A DNA stretch of 64,000 nt, taken from positions 256,001 to 320,000 of the forward strand of contig CAWVRN010000002.1 of assembly GCA_963932905.1 (NCBI GenBank), given 5' to 3'. This DNA comes from an uncultured Bdellovibrio sp. (GTDB lineage: Bacteria; Bdellovibrionota; Bdellovibrionia; Bdellovibrionales; Bdellovibrionaceae). Numbering within the stretch: position 1 is the first letter of the stretch; each line of letters begins with the position of its first letter. The translations under genes were made by a program, and so were the position numbers. A model generated the notes under the pieces. The model ran no database searches, was not told the DNA's origin, and worked only from the letters and a program-made list of their open reading frames with translations. Shown here piece by piece: positions 58,908-64,000 of the stretch.

Positions 58908-59678
58908 ATGAAAAAACTATCGATTGTTTTACTTTGTCTACTGTTAGGATCTTTTTCTAAAGCCCAAGAGGCTGACAACGAAGATCTAGATGTTATCGAG
59001 CTTGAATTAGAAAAAGCGAAACCTAAGCCACAGGCTAATAAGAAAACATCTTCGACGTCACAAACCGAAACAAAAGAAAACAACTTTTCGGATTTGGCTA
59101 CCTTGGTGCCATTTTCTGAAGTTTCTGTTTTGCAAAAACGTTTCTTGCCAAAAACTGGCCGTGGACAAATCTTTGCCGGTTTGTCATTAACTACAAATGA
59201 CCCTTTCTACAACACGGTGGGTGCGACGTTAAAAGGTAGCTATTTTTTAAGTGAAATGTGGGGAATCGAAATTCAATATTACAATTTAACTTCAAGTGAA
59301 GCTAGGGCGACTAAAGAGCTCTATGATGTTCAAAATATTGGAACGGATAGTTTAAGCTACACTAAACAGTATCTGGGAGCCAATGTAGTCTGGGTTCCTA
59401 TTTACGGTAAGTTAACTTGGTTTAACAAAAAAATTGTTCCATTTGATTTCTATTTTGGTTTGGGTGGTGGTCAAACGACGACTCATACCAAAAGTGGAAT
59501 TGGAACTGTTCAACTTTCGACGGGACAAATTTTCGCCATTAATAAAAGTTTCGCCATTCGATGGGATTTTAGTTGGAACTTTTTCAGCGCAAAGGCCATC
59601 AATGAAGAGGGGGATATAAACAATCTATTCTTCTCAGCAGGAGCGAGTTTCTTCTTTCCGGAGGCTAAATACCGATGA
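58908..59678 (+). CDS. Outer-membrane beta-barrel, gliding-motility GltA/B-like
   Basis: VLQKRFLPK, NDPFY, PIYGK, FDFYF motifs typical of deltaproteobacterial TIGR04565-type barrels. Confidence 0.75.
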   Translation: MKKLSIVLLCLLLGSFSKAQEADNEDLDVIELELEKAKPKPQANKKTSSTSQTETKENNFSDLATLVPFSEVSVLQKRFLPKTGRGQIFAGLSLTTNDPFYNTVGATLKGSYFLSEMWGIEIQYYNLTSSEARATKELYDVQNIGTDSLSYTKQYLGANVVWVPIYGKLTWFNKKIVPFDFYFGLGGGQTTTHTKSGIGTVQLSTGQIFAINKSFAIRWDFSWNFFSAKAINEEGDINNLFFSAGASFFFPEAKYR

Positions 59679-61237
59679 AAAACTTAACCCTTCTACTTAC
59701 ACTCTGTTTTATTTTGTTCTGTGCTCAGTCGTCAGAGGCTAAAACGACTCGTAAGGTAATTAGATCAAAACCGACTTCAGGTATTCGCGATAGTTCGCTC
59801 AAGCAGCAACTTTCAAATGCATTGTCGTTAGCGCAGTCGGGGCAATATCAACCGGCGGCTCAAGCGTTATTTAATTTAGTAAAACGAAAAGAATTTGAAA
59901 GCGAACGTCCTCAGATTAAATATATATTAGGCAAAATGCTAGTAGCGATGAACTATTCGCAAGTGGCGGCCTACCAATTTGTTGACGTGATTCGATCAGA
60001 TAATCATCGCTATTTGAAGAAAGCTATTGAAGAACTATCGATCGTTGCCGATGGGTTGGGCGATGATACACTTTTGAATTACGCCGTTTCTAAAGTAGAC
60101 GTAAATGATTTCCCTGAAAAAAACAAAGACATGATCTATTTCCGTATCGGCGAGATCAAATTAAAAAATAAAAAATTCGAAGACGCCGCCCAAGCATTTA
60201 ATCGCGTGAATGTCGGTAGCTCGTATAACAATCAAGCTTTGTATTTGAAAGCGTTGTCGTATTTGGAAATGAACAAGCCCGATCCAGCTATTTCAGTATT
60301 CCAACAATTATTAGATCATCGTAAAAATAGCGGTGTGACTGATACAAATCGTGTGTCTGCGTTGATGGGTATCGCACGGGCCTTGTACCAAAAGCAAGAT
60401 TGGGATTCTTCTATCGAAGCCTATTCGAATGTTCCTCGCGATCATTTTTACTGGCATGATGCCTTGTTTGAGCAGTCTTGGGCGATGTTTAGAGGCGCCC
60501 GATTTAGGTCGGCGTTGTCTAACTTCCAATCATTGCATTCTGCGTATTACGAAGATTTCTACATTCCTGAATCATTGTTACTAAGAGCCATTGTCTATTT
60601 ATATGTCTGCAAATATGACGAGATGGAAAAAGTTTTATCTTTATACAATTCGATTTATGAACCTGTACGGTTGAAAGTTAACAGTTTCTTAAATGCGAAC
60701 TCTGAGCCTGGTAACTACTATTTGGAATTTGAAAAAGCACTTGGTCTAAAGAAAAAAGACGAAGGTGTATTGTACAAATTGCCATATATGGTTTTGAAGA
60801 ATCTACGCGAAGAAGGTGATATCAAACGTAGTCTAAATTACTTAAAGAAGATCCAAGATGAAAAGAATCGAATCGAAACCAGCGGATCTTTTCGCGTGTC
60901 TGGTTTAGGTCAATACTCCGTTCGTGTTTTAAATACACGTATCAAAAATACGAAAATTTTGATTGGCGAGATGGTTAAAGTACACTTACAAAATATGAGT
61001 GACGAATTGAAAGATCTGTCGGAACAAGCCAGTTTCATCAATTACGAGCGTTTAAGTTCGAAGAAAGATTCGGCTAAAAAGAAAATAGCGGGCAAAGATC
61101 TGCCGCAAATGATCGATTCAAATATCGATCGTGAGTTTTACGTACAAAATGGTTTTGAATTCTATCCATTCAAAGGTGAGTTTTGGTTGGATGAAATTGG
61201 TAATTACCACTATTTAGGAACTCAAAGTTGTGAATAA
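59675..61237 (+). CDS. Secreted TPR protein, GltC-like
   Basis: Signal peptide, TPR helices, DALFEQSWA, C-terminal YPFKGEFWLDEIGNY. Confidence 0.75.
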   Translation: MKNLTLLLTLCFILFCAQSSEAKTTRKVIRSKPTSGIRDSSLKQQLSNALSLAQSGQYQPAAQALFNLVKRKEFESERPQIKYILGKMLVAMNYSQVAAYQFVDVIRSDNHRYLKKAIEELSIVADGLGDDTLLNYAVSKVDVNDFPEKNKDMIYFRIGEIKLKNKKFEDAAQAFNRVNVGSSYNNQALYLKALSYLEMNKPDPAISVFQQLLDHRKNSGVTDTNRVSALMGIARALYQKQDWDSSIEAYSNVPRDHFYWHDALFEQSWAMFRGARFRSALSNFQSLHSAYYEDFYIPESLLLRAIVYLYVCKYDEMEKVLSLYNSIYEPVRLKVNSFLNANSEPGNYYLEFEKALGLKKKDEGVLYKLPYMVLKNLREEGDIKRSLNYLKKIQDEKNRIETSGSFRVSGLGQYSVRVLNTRIKNTKILIGEMVKVHLQNMSDELKDLSEQASFINYERLSSKKDSAKKKIAGKDLPQMIDSNIDREFYVQNGFEFYPFKGEFWLDEIGNYHYLGTQSCE

Positions 61238-64000
61238 ACTAAATATTTTAACATCACTATTCATCCTAACGGCATCGACACCAGTTTTTGCAAAAAAGAC
61301 TATCGGGGAATTGTTTTCCAACGTGGGATTAGAAAATCGCGGTGGTAAACTATCTAATAGTAATAAAGGCGTTTATTCGATCCCGAAACCAGGCGAAATT
61401 AAATTTGAAAACAGAACCGAACATAACTTAGATGCGATTAAGCCAACTAAATCCTATGAAATCATGAATTCGCAGAACCTTTCGGAAATTGCGGAATATG
61501 AGAAAATTCTGGATGAACAAATCGCGGAATTATACAAGTTAACTCGCAAGTTCAAAGACTCTGATAAACGAGGGGAACTGTGGGTTCGGTTAGCTGAATT
61601 GTACGTGGAAAAAGGCTCGCTGATTGACTATCGACGACAGAAAGAATTTGACGTTCGCTTGCAGCAGTTTAACAAAGGTAAATCTAAAGTTAAGCCGACT
61701 TTAAATAACGAAGAAGCGAAGTCATACTTCAAAAAGTCAGTTCAGTTGTACGAATGGTTTCAAAAGGATTTCCCAAATGATCCTAAGATTCCTCAAGCAT
61801 TATACTTTTTAGGGTTTAACTATTTTGAGTTAAATGAACCCAAAAAGGGGGAAAAATACTATTCTGAATTATCGGAAAAATTCCCAAATAGTTCATTCGT
61901 CGATGAAGCTAGTTTTGCTCTGGGTGAGTACAATTTTGAAAACGAAAACTGGAAAGAGGCTTACAAGCGCTATTCTCCGGTCATCAAGAATAAGAAGCAT
62001 AATTTAAATGCTATGGCGACCTATAAGGGTGCGTGGTGTTTATATCGCTTAGGTAGAAATCAAGAAGCTCTTAAGTACATGGAATACATCATCAAGCTGA
62101 ATAAACAAGCGAGTGATCGTGATTCTAAAAAGCAGCTAAAAGCGAAACTAGAGGTTGAAGCTCTTAGAGATATCGTTGTGTTCTACGCTGCCGCAGGCGA
62201 TGCGGATAAAGCATCGGAGTATTTTGCTCAGATGGTCGGAGATCAGTCGTTCTCTTACATTGAAAAGCTGGCCTATTACTATTTAGATAAAGGATATAAA
62301 GACGCAGCCCATAGAACTTTCAAGTATTTGATTGATCAACGTCCCACCGATCCAAAAGCATTTGAATACCAATACCAAATCGTTCAAGTGTATTTTTATG
62401 CTAAAAATTCACAAACGTTTAAAACCGAACTGTATCGCTGGATTCGTGACTACGGACCGGCTTCGGCATGGTTTAAAGCCAATCAAGCCAATACTGAGTT
62501 AACAGAAAATTCTATGAAACTCCGTGAAAAAACGCTGCGAAATTGGACTTTGCAACAGCATCAAACGGCGCAAAATTCACGAACGCCTAATTCGCAAAAA
62601 CTGGCAGCTGAAGGCTATCAGTTGTACTTAAATGAATTTACAAATTCACCTCAAACGGCTGATATGCATTTCTATTACGGTGAGTTGCTGTACGATAGCA
62701 AAAAATTTGATGAAGCTGGAATTCAATATAAATGGATTGTGGATAATGCGCCGGAAAGCAAGTTCTACGAAAATGCAGCGACAGCATTGCTAATTTCAGT
62801 GGAAAAAAGTTTGCCTGACGAAAAAGATTTGGCTCAAAGAAACACGAAAAGTTTAGAACCAATTCCTTTGAGCCCAACGGTCGATCGTTTTTTGAAAGCA
62901 TCAACGTGGTATTTAGAGAAATTGCCTAATTCGAAAAAAGCGCCAGAAATTAAATTCAGACAGGGTCGCTTGATGTATCAATACAATTATTTCGAAGACG
63001 CATCTAAAATATTCCGCGAGATCGTTCGGAAATATCCAAATACTAAATATGCTGAGTACTCGGCGAATCTATTGCTTGATATTTACAACTTGAAGAAAGA
63101 CTACGGCGGCCTGGAAATGGCGGCGACCGAGTTATTGAAGAATGAAACACTCGCTGGAACAAAAGCAGGACAAGAGATTAAAGAAGTTCTGGAAAAAGCT
63201 AGCTTCAAAAAAGGGCAGGATTTAGAGCAAGACAAAAAATATAAAGAGAGCGCGGATGTGTTCACTGCATTTGCTCAGCAAAATTCAAAGTCGAATTTAG
63301 CTATCACGGCGTATTTCAACGCCGGCGTTAACTACGAGAAATCGGGTGAAAATGAAAAAGCCAAGAATGCGTACTTGCAAGTGTTGGCGTCGAAACAAGA
63401 TAATAAAGATCTTAAAGATAAATCGAAGTTATTCGTCGCTAAGTTGTATCAAGAAGCAGCTTTGTTTGATGAATCGATTAAGCTTTACAAGCAATTAGTG
63501 GCTGAAGCAAAAAAACCAGAGAACGCGAAAAATTATATCTACAATATTGCGGTAATGAAAGAGGCCATGGGCCAATATCAATCCGCAATCAAAGACTATG
63601 AAACGTACTCTGAGTTAATTAAAGGTTACAAAGAACGTTTGGAAAACATGTTTCAGTTGGCTGAACTTTATAGAAAAACGGAAGCATGGTCGAAAGCACA
63701 AGCCAAGTACATGGAGTATATCGATAGTGGAGCACCACAAAGCGAAAAATTCGTGGAAGCTTTATATTGGATTGCGTTTGTTCATAATCGTAAAGGTTCT
63801 AGTCAAGCCTATTCCTACGAAGACCGCTTGATTGCGATGCAAAAACGTCTAGGTGGATCGACGGGTGGTAAATGGGCGGCGATTGTTAAACTGCGCCGCT
63901 CAAAAGATACGTATCATGATTTCACTGAAATTAAAATTCCGGCCAATCCTGAAAAGCAAAAGAAAGCCGTGGATGAAAAAGTGGGTTTGCTGAATAAATT
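61230..64000 (+). CDS. Large secreted TPR protein, adventurous gliding AgmU/GltD/AgmK-like, truncated at window end
   Basis: Not in the ORF track. GTG at 61230 gives MNKLNILTSLFILTASTPVFAKK..RGELWVRLAELY..; TPR-like text continues to the window end. Confidence 0.75.
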   Translation, partial: MNKLNILTSLFILTASTPVFAKKTIGELFSNVGLENRGGKLSNSNKGVYSIPKPGEIKFENRTEHNLDAIKPTKSYEIMNSQNLSEIAEYEKILDEQIAELYKLTRKFKDSDKRGELWVRLAELYVEKGSLIDYRRQKEFDVRLQQFNKGKSKVKPTLNNEEAKSYFKKSVQLYEWFQKDFPNDPKIPQALYFLGFNYFELNEPKKGEKYYSELSEKFPNSSFVDEASFALGEYNFENENWKEAYKRYSPVIKNKKHNLNAMATYKGAWCLYRLGRNQEALKYMEYIIKLNKQASDRDSKKQLKAKLEVEALRDIVVFYAAAGDADKASEYFAQMVGDQSFSYIEKLAYYYLDKGYKDAAHRTFKYLIDQRPTDPKAFEYQYQIVQVYFYAKNSQTFKTELYRWIRDYGPASAWFKANQANTELTENSMKLREKTLRNWTLQQHQTAQNSRTPNSQKLAAEGYQLYLNEFTNSPQTADMHFYYGELLYDSKKFDEAGIQYKWIVDNAPESKFYENAATALLISVEKSLPDEKDLAQRNTKSLEPIPLSPTVDRFLKASTWYLEKLPNSKKAPEIKFRQGRLMYQYNYFEDASKIFREIVRKYPNTKYAEYSANLLLDIYNLKKDYGGLEMAATELLKNETLAGTKAGQEIKEVLEKASFKKGQDLEQDKKYKESADVFTAFAQQNSKSNLAITAYFNAGVNYEKSGENEKAKNAYLQVLASKQDNKDLKDKSKLFVAKLYQEAALFDESIKLYKQLVAEAKKPENAKNYIYNIAVMKEAMGQYQSAIKDYETYSELIKGYKERLENMFQLAELYRKTEAWSKAQAKYMEYIDSGAPQSEKFVEALYWIAFVHNRKGSSQAYSYEDRLIAMQKRLGGSTGGKWAAIVKLRRSKDTYHDFTEIKIPANPEKQKKAVDEKVGLLNK

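Noticed and set aside
111..62904. Many short ORFs in the track (e.g. 111-293, 1143-1463, 5082-5573, 30532-30984, 40918-41244, 62638-62904)
   Set aside because: They are antisense or out-of-frame shadows of well-supported genes with no motifs of their own.
1..64000. CRISPR array, tRNA, rRNA, tmRNA, RNase P, SRP RNA
   Set aside because: No regularly spaced direct repeats or diagnostic conserved motifs were seen by eye; a cmscan run would be needed to exclude them formally.

Overview
64 kb of chromosomal DNA (GC roughly 40% by eye) from a Bdellovibrionales-like predatory bacterium. The assignment is an inference from the DgcB-type FHA-GGDEF gene, the glt/agm-type gliding genes and the gene order. 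The housekeeping backbone carries an ECF sigma triad, PhoH2, lipA-E2-lpdA-lipB, sfsA, a DsbA-family gene, a tadA-like ATPase, eno, an ftsB-like gene, polA, fliL, engB, kdsB-pyrG-kdsD-kdsC and the start of a gliding-motility beta-barrel/TPR cluster. No rRNA, tRNA or CRISPR array was seen. Most interesting items: (1) a 2.4-kb cassette bounded by 105-bp near-perfect, hairpin-forming inverted repeats that encodes a trypsin-M48 double-protease fusion; (2) a metallophosphoesterase with systematically amidated metal ligands (pseudoenzyme) just upstream of dgcB; (3) a possible SdpA/SdpB(HTTM)/SdpC-like peptide-maturation locus inserted between eno and ftsB; (4) a CarH/LitR-regulated furan/cyclopropane fatty-acid photoprotection island with a visible 11-bp-periodic operator; (5) an internally deleted IS-like element with 19-bp terminal inverted repeats; (6) a 48-codon ORF with an in-frame TGA at the lipobox Cys position; (7) several sigma28-type promoters with identical spacing. 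All family calls come from motif recognition by eye, not database searches.
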